Source of the DNA: Macrostomum hystrix
Lineage: Eukaryota; Animalia; Platyhelminthes
Reading direction: 5' to 3'
DNA: 64,000 bases
Assembly (NCBI GenBank): GCA_950097015.1
Contig: CATNEN010000041.1
Span: forward strand, 3,472,001 to 3,536,000
The position numbers and the translations under genes are program-made. Positions 19,780 to 33,000 of this stretch are shown in pieces. Every line of letters begins with the position of its first letter. The first letter of the stretch is position 1. Under the pieces are notes generated by a model. It saw nothing but the letters and a program-made list of their open reading frames with translations, searched no databases and had not been told where the DNA came from.

Positions 19780-19960
19780 CGGAAAGGAAAGTTGCGGAGA
19801 TCAGAGGCCACAAAATTCCGAAGAACCCAGTCACTCTTCCTGTAGAAGAGCTACAGGACCTAAAGTCTCATATGAAAACAGAACTAGCCCGAAGTGCAGA
19901 GCGGAAGTAGAAAACGAAATTCATTTGCTTTTTTAATACAATTCGATATTTTGTTGGAGA
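19780..19960 (+). mobile_element. Possible ancient LINE 3' remnant
   Basis: KVAEIRGHKIP...PKCRAEVENEIHLLF resembles the C-terminal Cys/His region of LINE ORF2; weak match. Confidence 0.35.
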
Positions 19961-21082
19961 TAAAGTTGAAGATATTTATTAGAGAAATCACGAACATGGT
20001 GCCAAACTTAGAAAATCTTACACCAGGGGCAAAAGAAATCAACTTAATCGTACAATCGTACAGCAATCGTATTGTTGCAACAATCACTTGTAATGTACGA
20101 GCGTATTTTATGGAGATGGCACAGAAGACAGGAACTGCCCTGATGCAAAAATTTGAGTCTTCGCGCTGCCTTAAATGCGAGTACTTTCTTCATTAAATGT
20201 TGCGTTAAACTATTCTTCTTTCAAAAGCATTTCTCCTTTTTGCTTTTAATTTAATTTCATCTATTTATCCTTGTTAATTTTCTCTACTTTTCTTTTCTTT
20301 CTTTCGTGCATTCACTTTCGTAACGGACAGTGTTTTCGTAAAAGAAATCAGCACCCCCGGCCTATTCGCATATTCGCAATTAATAATAATAGCGATACTA
20401 TATCGGCTTGTCTAAATCGCGTCCAATTTTTGGAAATGAGCTTAATTTATTTAAGGCCGCAGATCATACGAGTACATGATTTAATCGACCTTCAGGAACC
20501 GATGCTGTACGACTGCTACGCCTGGCTTGCCACAGCTCTGCATATGTATTCTTTTTGTATAAGGCCTAGCAATTTAGTATGTAGATTTCTACTCTTAGCT
20601 AGCTGAACGTATACTCAGATAACAGTTAAAGTAATAAAGAATGAAGCGCTTAAAGAAGTAATTATGCCAGAATGTGACTTGCAGAGTGAAAAAATGAAAA
20701 CATAATTTTGTATTTATTCGAATAGTCATTTGTTGTCCGGGTGAGAAGTTGGCCCGAGCATCTTCAAGCGTAGAAGAGCAAAACAGCCATCAATGTGAAT
20801 ATCGTGTGTGAATTCGGCATTCCTTTGGATAGCTGTTCATCTTTCGTGCTTTTCATTAACAAAATATTTGCCCTAAACCTAAAAAGAGCAACGAGTTGGC
20901 GTCCACATTTCAGATTTTCTTATTTTAAGCCTCTGGACCTAAAAAGTATGAGAATCATATCCATTAATAACCATTTCGCTGAAAAAAAATAGCATGATTT
21001 ATCCCCACTGATCCGCTATCCGAAAGAATTAAGGCTGGGTTGAGTCCTAGTTTTGCTGGTCCACGTAGACAGTTACTGTCTA

Positions 21083-24000
21083 TCAGATCTCGGAGTCCTG
21101 AGCCGGGTTCTCACCAGTCTGCTTGCTTCTCTTTGATTTCTGCTCCTTCGGCCCCGCCTGGAAGATAATATTTATAGGCAGGTTCATAAAAACTTAACAA
21201 GAAGTGCATCGTATTGAGCTAACTTGAGAAAAAACGAAGATTTTAAGCTGAGGGAGTTCTAACAACTGATTACTTATAGCTAACCCTCGCTGATGCTGGT
21301 AATTTAATCATTGTCGCAATTGTACTTTATCTACTCTATGAGTGAGCTACTTGCGCTACTCATAAACTTGTGTGGTCAGTTTTCAGCATTTCTGTCGGCT
21401 TTCTTTATTTATTCAAAATTGAGTCTCGCTGTACTGCTTCCCACGCCTCCTGGGATTGTAAGGCCATCGCTTACCTGCGGCGTGAGCGGTGGTAGCTCCG
21501 AGAATGCTGGCGCCAGCAGATGCAAGCCAGACTGGGCGCTGTCTCCCAACGGATCGAAGCGGAAAGCAGAGGCGTCACTATCCCCGAGCCCCGGCGGCTG
21601 CTGCTGGTCTAGCACGGTGGACTTGAATCGTGGAATCCAGTCAGTTTCTGCATCCTCCGTGACAACACCGCTGAAATCCCCCGCGTCTACCAACACTTCA
21701 TCTCCCGTTTCCTTGGGTGTCCACACGTAGCTCTCTCCGGTTTCGGGCTTTTCTCGGTTAACCACAGCCAGCTTTATTTTCAGGCCTGGGTTGACTGTGG
21801 ACACAAGTGATTTGGTGCAGCTTCATTAAATGTATTGTCTCGGTATCTTCACTAAATATAGATTAACAGTTGTATGCAAACATTGGGGGTAGAAGTAATT
21901 TTTGCACCTGATTAACGTGCATGTACGAGTATATATTTCAGCATACTTTTCCTGTATTGGCTTGGATTTTCTAATCTCTATTTGATCCTATGATACCGCG
22001 CTTTCTGTACAAGTTCAATTGGCCTCTCGAAATATTTCTTATGTGGAAAATCGATCACTAACATTTAATGGACTCAAACAATCCGAACAAGATGCTTCGC
22101 GAAACTTACTATCCTTGGCCTTAGAGCTGCTGGCCTCACCGGACTGCTGCAGCCGGTCCTCATTCAACTGAATCTCGATGTCGTCCTCGGTCACTAGAAT
22201 TTTTTTTCGGTGCTTTCAGTGTTTCATCGACATTCTGACAGGCTTGCTTAGAACAATCTAATCCTTAGCGATAGCTCACCCATTCGCCGCTTTACAGCAC
22301 TGACGCTCTTCTGCAGGACTTCTCCCAGTTCTTCCTTCTTGGCTGAAATGCTAGCCATCGTGCCCATGAATCTGTGTGGATTGAGAATGACTTCTGCAAT
22401 ATGAATAGCTCCTTCGTACTGCTACATAAAGCAGATAAAATGCTGTGCGTTTGCTTTAGAAAAGTACACGTTCATTTGTGGATGCTCTTTGTCCTGGTCC
22501 TCTGCAAAGATGCGATGAATATAGAATAGAAATGGCACCTAACCCAGTTGGGACAGATGTACAGTCTGTGGGACACCCGGAGCTATTACACGGCGAATCC
22601 AAAAGCTGTTCAGCCTGTGAACAGGTTGGGCCGCTACACCAATATGAACGTTAACCCCAGCTGATGCGTGTATGCATTTTACAGCTGGATAAACAGAAGC
22701 TATCGGGAATGAATTGTTCTGTCTTTGTCTCAATCTTGTGTCAATCTTGTGTCAATATTGATTGCGTCAATCTTGATTGCGTCAATCTTGATTGCGTCAA
22801 TCTTGATTGCGTCAATCTTGATTGTGTCGATCTTGATTGCGTCAATCTTGATTGCGTCAATCTTGATTGTGTCGATCTTGATTGTGTCGATCTTGATTGC
22901 GTCAATCTTGCTTCATGACACAATTTGTTTACTATGGGATGAGATGGGAGTATCGTGCTCTATGACACAATTTGTTTACTATGGGATGAGATGGGAGTAT
23001 CGTGCTCTATGACACAATTTGTTTACTAAGGGATGAGATGGGAGTATCGTGCTCTATGACACAATTTGTTTACTATGGGATGAGATGGGAGTATCTGGCT
23101 CTATGACACAATTTGTTTACTAAGGGATAAGTCCGGGCCTTCTGGCCTTCGGGCATTCTGGACTTCTGACCACTAAAACCCCTCTAAAGAAAGGATCAAT
23201 ATCAGCTTTAGCTTGGCGAAAGTGAATTTCTAGATTTGCAAGTTAAACATGACAATTTTATCGGCTACCATAAAAGCCTATTTATTAGTAGTGCAGATGA
23301 ATTTGCTGTCACGAACAAGTGTAAATTATGTGGTTCGTGGAGTGAGCGCAGCTCCCAGACGCCACTTACTTGGTCCACATGTGATTGACAAACTCCTCGT
23401 CATAGCTATAGAGACCATCGCTGACTACGATGCTGTAGGTGTCGGTCAGGATGGAAACAAAAACTGACACCAGAAAGAAGACGGCCAGGCAGGACCAGCC
23501 GCCAAAAAAGAGAAGACTGGCGGCCCTGCCCTGGTTGTTTACGAAGATCTGAGTGTAGCCCTGGATGCCCAGTGCAGTGGTGAACAGTGAGCGGCAGCTA
23601 GACAGAACTGACGCGAAGCTTTCCTCAGTTAGCGAGAACAGAATGGTTCCAGCGGACAGGAAGGCCGCCATGATCAGCACGAAAGCAACACCAAATGACG
23701 AGAGCTGGCGTGCGCACTGCTTTACTGTGGCCAGCAAGATGGCGATGTGTCTGTTGAAGCCGAGAAACTTCAGCACGCGGAAGATGGTGAGGAAAACGCT
23801 AATGGCCATGGCCACGCAGGTAGCCTCTACCCACTCTATCACGTTGTCGAAGGCAACATACATTCCTGCGGACAGCAAAGTTAGGAGTGTGCTGTTGGCA
23901 CTCAGCACCCAAAGCACTGGATAGGAGCGGCTAAAGCCGGGATAGTACCTACACTACGAGCACTACAAAGAAAATAGTAGGCAGCAGTAGTTTACCCAGA

Positions 24001-27000
24001 TTAAAGGATTGCGTAAAATTGGAATACCAGAAATGGGACACATGAGTAAATTTGAATCAGGCTGCGTTCTCATGTAGAGTTAAACATTTTTATATCTGAA
24101 CAGCACAGCCTCGTATTTTCTGAGTATTATTTATGTGTTGTGCTGTGTTAGAGCCAAAAAGCTTTTACTTACCTCGGTTGTTCATCATCAACTCGATAGA
24201 ATCAATGGTGATTTTAATCCGAATGCCGTAAGTGATCATGATCGTGATGCATAGCATGATGTTAACAAACTCAATCTTGTTCCAAAGGTCGTCGAAGTAC
24301 TTAAGCCTCAGAGTCAACAAGCTACGTGTCTCCCGGTAAATCTGGTACAGACAAATAAGTACAAATAGGCCCTGCATGGCCATGAGCACGATGCCCTTGC
24401 CACCAGTGTAGTTGTACAGCCGATATGTGCGAACTCCATTTTTGTAGGTGAGAATTCCACCCGACGCTGGGAACTCCACGAGGATCTGTATTGTAGAGAA
24501 CAGGTTAGTATTTGCGTTGTACACTGTGCCTTCCAGGAACATGGCTCGCGTCTTCTCGTCCAGCCAATTTGTTGCACGTAGTCGGTCAATAATCCACCTG
24601 GAAGTGACAAATGTTAATTATGCTAAATTCTGACGATTTAAGCAAATCTTTGCAAACGGTTCAGGAATTCACCATATTTATCCATTTTTACTTGTCTAAA
24701 AATTGGTATTTGTATTTGGTATTACTTACCAAAATAAATTAGTAAATGCAGAACAGGCAGGGAAACTTACATAGCTTCGGTGTTTTTGAGACCCAGAGTG
24801 GCCGCGTAGCCGTCACCTGGATATGTTGTGAAGGCGCCCTCGAAGGGGAAGCTCATGAGAAAATTGGCGTCACGGTACCAGAATGCTTGCAGCACGATCT
24901 CGTCCGGCCGGAGCCGTTTCATTTGCGACTTCGCCCTCATATGCAGTGATGCATTCCTCACCCAACCGTTGCTGTCGGGCAGCCACAGTGGTCGGTAGAC
25001 ATCTTTGTCTGCTGCCTGAGGCGTGTAGCCAGATGAGCATATCCAAGAGCTCTGCGGGTATGCTTTGAACGGCCATGTCACTGGACACTTTCCTGCGGGC
25101 GGGAAAATGGCGGCGGTCAATTCTCTCCCTGATGCCGCGAGAATCGGATGCTAAATCTCAATGAATCTTAGGCGAGTCAGCCAAAAACCAGGCAGACCAG
25201 CCACCGGCTTCTATGAAAGTATATTATAAAAGCACTGCGCTGGTCCTGCTTCACCTATGGTGGAACTTGTATGGTGGCTTTGGTTTTCGGTGTTTTCAGT
25301 AGTAATTGATGCATGCTAAAAACTGGTGCAATCAAGATTGACACAAAGGTCGGTGGCAGAGCGGTTAACGCGTTTGCCTCTCGCACCACGGTCACTAAGT
25401 TCGATTCCACGGCGAGGCCACATTTATTTGGGGCGCAGCCGCGGAGAGAAGGCTTGGGGGCTTGTCGTGCGATTACGCCCTTGAGGGCCAACCTCTAAGG
25501 CACAGTGAAATGTACACTGCCTGACGAGGAGAAAAGTCAGGGCAGATGTACACACCTGTGTGAGCGTATGCCTGCGTACAGTATATGTGTGCGTGTGTGC
25601 TCAGGAGTCAGCGAAATGGGCAGAATTGCTTCCTCGCTGGCTGCGGGTCTAGTGTCACTAAATGATGTGCCATTGCCTGCAGCCCTACTGCAATTATTAT
25701 TATTATTGACACAAAGACAGAGCAATTAATCCCCGATAGCTTCTGTTTATCCAGCTGTAAAATGCATACATGCATCAGTTTTTAATCATTTTTTCTGCTT
25801 CCAAAGATACCAGAGTGACATCTGATGGCCGTGCCTCACTGTTAGAACTATTCAGGTTGAGCATACTTGCGTCACTTAACATTTTTTAGCTATGCACCTA
25901 ATCCGATCGTATATTCTTTTAGCAAAATCCACCAGTTAAAAAAGTTGTTCCACGCTGTTCAGTATGTTTATCTTTTTACGCTCGTATTATTATGATTATC
26001 CCGCAAATATTTGCAAACAACTAAGCACGAAAGCAATATCTGCGGGTCATCAAAACTATATTGAAAATTGGATTTTGGGTTTGCAGGGACGGGCAGACTC
26101 ACGAGGGTTGACTCTGAGCTGTCTGAGGCGGAAAGGCCCCTGCCGGATACAGTCGCAGGTGTCAATGGCATCTTTAAGGTAGCCAGTCAGGGGGTTTCCA
26201 TTGTAATCGGTGGTTTGGTAGATCCTTGGAACAATGGTGCCATTAAGCCAGTCGAAGACGTGGCCAAAGTCGTTGAACCGGGGCGGTGCGGCCGTGAGGA
26301 ACTGATCCTTCAGATTCTGGTTCTGCTGGTAGCTCACTTGGTCCCTCGAATCGTAGGCCAAGGCGATTAGCAAGAACATATACACCACATAGGACATTAC
26401 GTCAGTGAAAGTCTGCGACATCTTCTGGTTGTTACGGCGCTCGGCTCTGATCTCCTCTAGCTTAGTCGGGTCGGCTGGTGTGTACTCTGTGCCATCCAGC
26501 ACCTGGGAATGGAATGTAGGTATTCCAATTTGTCATCTTACTGCGCAATGCCAATCATGGATAAAACTTAAAATATCGAAATCAAGGTTTCAAATTAAAC
26601 GATACCACTACGAAACATATCATTTCAAAGAATCTAAGCAAGAAGCTAGATGAGATTACGAGCTGGAAAGATGGTGCCCAGCGAGGAGACTGTTATCAAA
26701 TATATAAGACAAAATTATAAAGACCAAATAGTCGGTTCAGGCAGAAATAACGAAAAGCTTCATTGTACTAATTGTGATAAATGAGTTTCGCACCTGCTTG
26801 AGCTCATCGTTGATTAAGTCGTCTAGCTCAAAAACATTCTCCTCGGACTCCTTCTTGCCGAAAATCTTTTTGGCTAACACAAATACAATAAGCAAGAAGA
26901 CTGGATCGGTAACCACGACTAGCTGCAAGATACCCAGGAAGAAGCTTTTTAACCAGCCGTTGGCTTTATCCTTGCCCCACTCGATGCTGTAGAGGAAGGT

Positions 27001-30000
27001 GAAGAAAAAACTGGCGCCCACAGCGGCCAGAAGGAGGCCCCAGCCGATAACCAAGAAGCCCTTGGGCAGGCGGATCTCTTTCTTTTGGTTTTCCATCTCG
27101 TCCTCGCCCCAGCGGCGCTGCCACTTCTTAGTGCGGCGGAAGATTTCAGCTGCAGCAAAGATGCAGGGATAGGTTATGGCCATTGATAGGATACCGGAGT
27201 ACAATTGAAACCAGGTGACCGACACGGGACCCAAGTCAATGCTGAAGTTAGCTTCTGCGTCTAGGTCGTCTCCCTTGCCAAACCACATAGCGTTGCAGAC
27301 CATCGTAAGGAAAAACATGGCGTTGGCTACACCAGTGCGTTGCATCCGTGTGTAGCTGGATTGACCAGTTTTTCGGAACAGCGTGGCGATAACATGCTTG
27401 TTTACCACCCCACCAGCCTTGTATCGCAGCAGCATCTCCTGGAAGCGCTGATCCTGCTTCACCTCCGGTAGAACTCGCATGGTGCGGCTGTCAAACTTGT
27501 TCTCGGCCAGCCACTGGTCGCACACAAAGATATAACTGTAAAATCGGTTAATTGGGATGAATTTCACATCGCACTCAATAAATCATCTGCAAATTCGAGG
27601 ATGACAAAATAGCATCCTGACTTAGATCCCAACATTAGACTTAGATTTGGACTTGAGAACAAGAAGCGCTATGGTACAACTAGGCAGAATAAACTCACTT
27701 CTTCTTGGTCTGAAGGTCTTCGATGAGTATCTTTTCCAGAAACCATCCAGGCTTCTTACCGCTGTTGTCGTGCCAGACTTTCAATCCACGCAGCTCGCCA
27801 AGAGGAGCTCTAGTCGTCATCGCGAAGTTGCAGACAGAGCCGCGGCTAAAGTTTTGGCGAAAACCGTCAGCAAGCTGACGCTTCCCAGAAGAACCCCAAG
27901 TGCCTGCCAGATTAACAAACACATTTGAAGTGGTATCTGCACCCGACTCATCGCCAGTGTAAACGCTGATGATAAATGTGTAATCATTGTCGAACTCATT
28001 GTCCAGCAAGGGCTCATAGCGTAGCTGCATGTGTATTGTAAATGAGAAGGATGGACACTTAAATACTGGAATGCATCTCGTGCTTTTCTCACTGCACCCT
28101 CGACCCTGCCGTTCGTGTTTCAGTCAGGCTAGCCAGTCTGGCCTCTGGTTGAGCACACTCTGAACTGATTGGCTTGTCCATTCGCTCTCTTTTTCTCTCA
28201 ACCTAGTACATAGTGTGGTGCGAGCTCTGCATCTCTAATGGTGCATCTCTAATCCATACGGCTCGTGGATTGGCTGACGGGTTTAGTTCTCTCTCCTTTG
28301 CCCACTCCTCTACTGAAATCCCGATGTGAAGCGAGCCGTTTTGAGCTCGATTACTGCGAATACAGAGAATAGATGATGCAAAACCAATAAAGCACCACCT
28401 TTCGGGATCGTCAGATCGGCTCTTATATTCTAACTTATGCAACACAAAGACCAATGCCTGCTTACTCACTAAATGAAGCCAATAATACCATTCTATGCAA
28501 AATATCTAAGATTTGGGACTTACATTCGCTGCCTCCTGACGGTCTAGCCGCCACATCCAGACGGAGATCACAACGTAGATGCTGAGGATTATGCACAGCA
28601 CCAACAAAGTGACGAAATTCTCCGCCAATTTTCCAGCGAAATTATTGAATACGGTAGCGAAGTTTATGGTGTTCGGCGCGATGAACATTTTGCCAGAGTA
28701 AGAGCCGAAGAAGTTGCTCTTGAAGACCATCTTCTCAATGCTAGACTCCTCCGCCACTTCGGCATCCGTATCTATCCAACTCCCAACTCCGAATTTGTCC
28801 ACATTCCAAGCTTTTGGCGTGATGGAAGCCACGCCTACCATGAGCGTAATGTTATTTACTGAGCTGTTCATGTTGCCTCCCGTGACCGTGTCATTGTCGG
28901 CGATCTCCAGCGACATGAAGAGAGCTCCACTGGCTGCGACCTGCCCACCTGGGATGAATATACTCAGTGCCAGCGGCTTGTCTGGTGTGGACAAATCCCG
29001 TCGCCGACGACTCTGGACCGGCGCTTGGGCGGAGACGTTTGTTAGCTGCACCGTCAGGCTTCCATCTGACTGCTGCTGGATAGTGCCGTTCTGGAAGACC
29101 CAAACAGTCAAGTTCGCCTGCTTGCTGAAATTCGCCGGGACGCCTCCACGGAATAACATCAGAAATGACTCTGAGCTCGGCAGCTGAAGCGAAACCTGCG
29201 GAAGGTGTAATCTGCAAATTAAACTACCCTCTGCAAATAATCCACGTTCTTTACACATCAAATCGCTTTTCTTATGCACGCGTCTCACGCGCACCTTAAT
29301 AGCAGTTTTGGTTGTCTCGAATTCGAGCTTCTGCACCATGCGCTTGTCACGGCTCATGGAAACCGGCTGGAGTAAACTTTCCGTCGTCTCCTGGTTCTGA
29401 TTTGGCAGCGACAGCGTCAACGAAACCTTTGCGGTGTTGCTTTGCTTGATCACCTGTGTTCCATTCCGGAAGTCTCACATTTGGATTATTAATGTACGAG
29501 TGGATGAATGAAGCATTACGTCATGTAGACATAAACGGCATCAGAGAATGTAAACATAAATGGCGAAAGTTTGACACTTAACGACTCACTCACCTGATTT
29601 CCCTGAGCCAAATTAAGCGACACAACAGCCGCCGATTGGTCCTTCTTGTCGGCCCCAGGAAAAAAAGTCTTAGGGTCCAGCGCAGAGAACTTTAGATTGG
29701 CATCTTGGCCCTCCAAACCCATGTTTTCCGCGTCTCCCAGCATGATGCCGCCCTTGTCGCCCGACTTCATCTCGGAGCCGGCCATAGCAGAAGTGTTGAC
29801 CTTTGACACGCCGACAGAGATACCCTTGGCATTTATCATCACGGGCTTGCCTAACTCCGCATTCTTCAGCTGGTCTGCCAGTAGGTTTGCGATCTTGGTT
29901 ACCATCTCCTGCGCAGCCTTCATCGATTCTGAGTCCTGCAGTTGGGTGAGAAAAGCTCGTTTACCTGTTTGCTTTCCACCCCTCTGGCAAAATCACAATA

Positions 30001-33000
30001 TAAAAATTATTTTTTGAAGCCTAGAAAATATTAGCAACTGATAGCTCGCAATGATCCAATCAGCCTTAATCTATTGATTGATCACTTACGGATTTATTTG
30101 TCCCAGTGCTGTTCATGTCCTTGAGGAATTCGTCTACCAGGCTGTTAGCCTGGTCAGCTAGAGTCGCTGCGAATGATTTAGAAAGCTGAGGTATACAAAC
30201 ATACGTATGCGTATTATTTCCAGTAAGCAAGTTTTGGAAGTTCTGCGGGCTGAAGGAACTACCAAATGTATGTATTTCCTTTATGACTGATACTTTTTGC
30301 TCTGAAGCTCCAAGATCGCTTTTTGGGTTTTGTTTTCTGTTGTCCTAAAATGTCGCGGTTAACTTGAGACACAAAATGCTCACACATGCAGGGCTCCGCA
30401 GTGCAGCCTGTAGGCTGTACTTCCTCATCCCAAACTATAAGACCGTCAATAACAGTATAGTAGTTGCCCTTGTAGGAGCAGTTGTCCTCTACGCTAAAGT
30501 AGTCTTTGACAACGGTTGCTAATGTAGCGTTTTCAGAGACCTCCGTTGGGTATGAAAGGTTGACGTTGCAGGGCAGGCAGTAGCGGCCGCCGTATTGCGG
30601 GGCAGGGCTATTGCAGCTGCGGCTTCTGCTCCGAGTGCCGTTGCCACACGAGACGGAGCAGTTCGAGAAGTCGCTCCACTCACTCCAGCCTCCGTGCACT
30701 GAAGAGATGAATTGTGTTTGAAAAAATGTATCTTTTGAGCGAATTAAAAAGTTTATTCAGTAACTACCGAAAGTACCTGGACAGGGGGCTTGCTGGCAGT
30801 TGCGAATGTCTGAGCCACTGCCAGAACAGCCACGCCCACCGAACTGAGGCGTCGGGCTCGAGCAGGCGCGCTGTCTATTGGACTGGCCGGCACCGCAGCT
30901 CGTGGAGCAGCTGGACCACTCGCTCCAGACCGACCAGCCACCATCAACTGGCGAAAAATGAGGAAATGAGGATAGCGAGGATAGTTTGGGTGCTTGAGTG
31001 CTTATCATGGATACAAAATGTTACTATTGAAGGCCTGAAGGCAAGGCAGTTGATTATACTCGAACTTTTTTTCTTAAACGTAGGTCTTCTTTCAAAGACC
31101 AAAACGCACTTCCGCGTAGGTCCAAACGGCCGCTGCTTGCGAAATGATAGCGGCAACACACAAGCACTGAAGGGCTTTCTGGAGAGGCAGGATTTAATGT
31201 CAGCCAAAACCCGCTTCCGCAAGACAACCAGCAGGCTCGCGACTTTCCTGGGCTACAAGCTGTCCTCGAACAAAGAGGGCGCCCTATCCCTAACCCTAAC
31301 CCAAATCTTTTTTTTTCGTGTATTCGAATTATTCTAAATATGTTTTTTAATAAGTACATAAATAAAAACCAGCAACCTGATTGTTTCCAAATGATGAAAG
31401 TAGCCATAGCACCCTGCGAATATGATTCTGTTATGCTGCACTCACTTGGACACGAGTCTGCGTTGCACTGCCTGCTGTCGCTGGCGGTGCCAACGCAGGC
31501 GCCACCGCCGTTTTGCGGAGGTGGAGAGTCGCACAGGCGCAGGCGCTGCTGGTCGCCCCCTCCACAGCTCTTGCTGCAGTCGCCCCACTGGCTCCACTGG
31601 CCCCAGCCTCCATTCACTGAGAAAATTGGCGGATAATGAAAGCCTTATTAAAGCAAAATTATCCAGCATAGCAGATTGCACTGCATATTAATCTAAGAAT
31701 AAGAAAAAATATTTAGAACAGAAATTAAATTAATTGCGAAAAATTGCGTGTCAGCTTGTGATCTGCGTGATGGTTGGCGCTTAAGGTCTGGAGTATAGTA
31801 CTTTTATGTGGCATTCTTCCAGTTTTAAAGCTACAGTTAAACAAAGTTTTAAAAATAATTTATGCTGTAGTCTTATGTAAGCGGAGCGGGTCTCACCAGG
31901 ACAAGCGGGAATTTCGCAGGCAGTTGACTCAATGGGTGCACCAACGCAATCGGAGCCTCCGTAAGCTGGCATCGGGTTGGTGCAACCACGGCTTCGCTGC
32001 ATCTGGCCGGAGCCGCAACTGCGGGAGCAGCTTCCCCAGGCGCTCCACTGCGCCCAGCCTCCGTTCACTACAGAGATAGAGAGGTTTCCTAGTTCAGGGT
32101 TCATCTAATCCGTTCACTACAGAGATGGAGAAGTTTTCTAGTTCGGGGTTCATCTAATCCGTTCACTACAGAGATGGAGAGGTTTCCTAGTTCGGGGTTC
32201 ATCTAATCCGTTCACTACAGAGATGGAGAGGTTTTCTAGTTCAGGGTTCATCTAATCCGTTCACTACAGAGATGGAGAGGTTTCCTAGTTCGGGGTTCAT
32301 CTAATCCGTTCACTAGAGAGATGGAGAGGTTTTCTAGTTCGGGGTTCATCTAATCCGTTCACTACAGAGATGGAGAGGTTTTCTAGTTCAGGGTTCATCT
32401 AATCCGTTCACTACAGAGATGGAGAGGTTTTCTAGTTCGGGGTTCATCTAATCCGTTCACTACAGAGATGGAGAGGTTTCCTAGTTCAGCGTTAATCTAA
32501 TCCGTTCACTACAGAGATGGAGAGGTTTCCTAGTTCGGGGCTTATCTAATCCGTTCACTACAGAGATGGAGAGGTTTCCTAGTTCAGCGTTAATCTAATC
32601 CGTTCACTACAGAGATGGAGAGGTTTCCTAGTTCGGGGCTTATCTAATCCGTTCACTACAGAGATGGAGAGGCTTCCTAGTTCAGCGTTAATCTAATCCG
32701 TTCACTACAGAGATGGAGAGGTTTCCTAGTTCAGCGTTAATCTAATCCGTTCACTACAGAGATGGAGAGGTTCTAGTTCGGGGTTCATCTAATCCGTTCA
32801 CTACAGAGATGGAGAGGTTCTAGTTCGGGGTTCATCTAATCCGTTCACTACAGAGATGGAGAGGTTTTCTAGTTCGGGGTTCATCTAATCCGTTCACTAC
32901 AGAGATGGAGAGGTTTTCTAGTTCAGGGTTCATCTAATCCGTTCACTACAGAGATGGAGAGGTTTTCTAGTTCGGGGTTCATCTAATCCGTTCACTACAG

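Noticed and set aside
21409-21474. Read-through end of ORF 21409-21804 as the polycystin C-terminus
   Set aside because: A strong GTAAG donor at 21474 and an in-phase terminal exon at 21157-21083 give a better model, though an alternative end is not excluded.
25348-25420. Functional tRNA gene
   Set aside because: The acceptor and anticodon stems do not pair cleanly; a long body, (ATT)n tail and TSD indicate a SINE.
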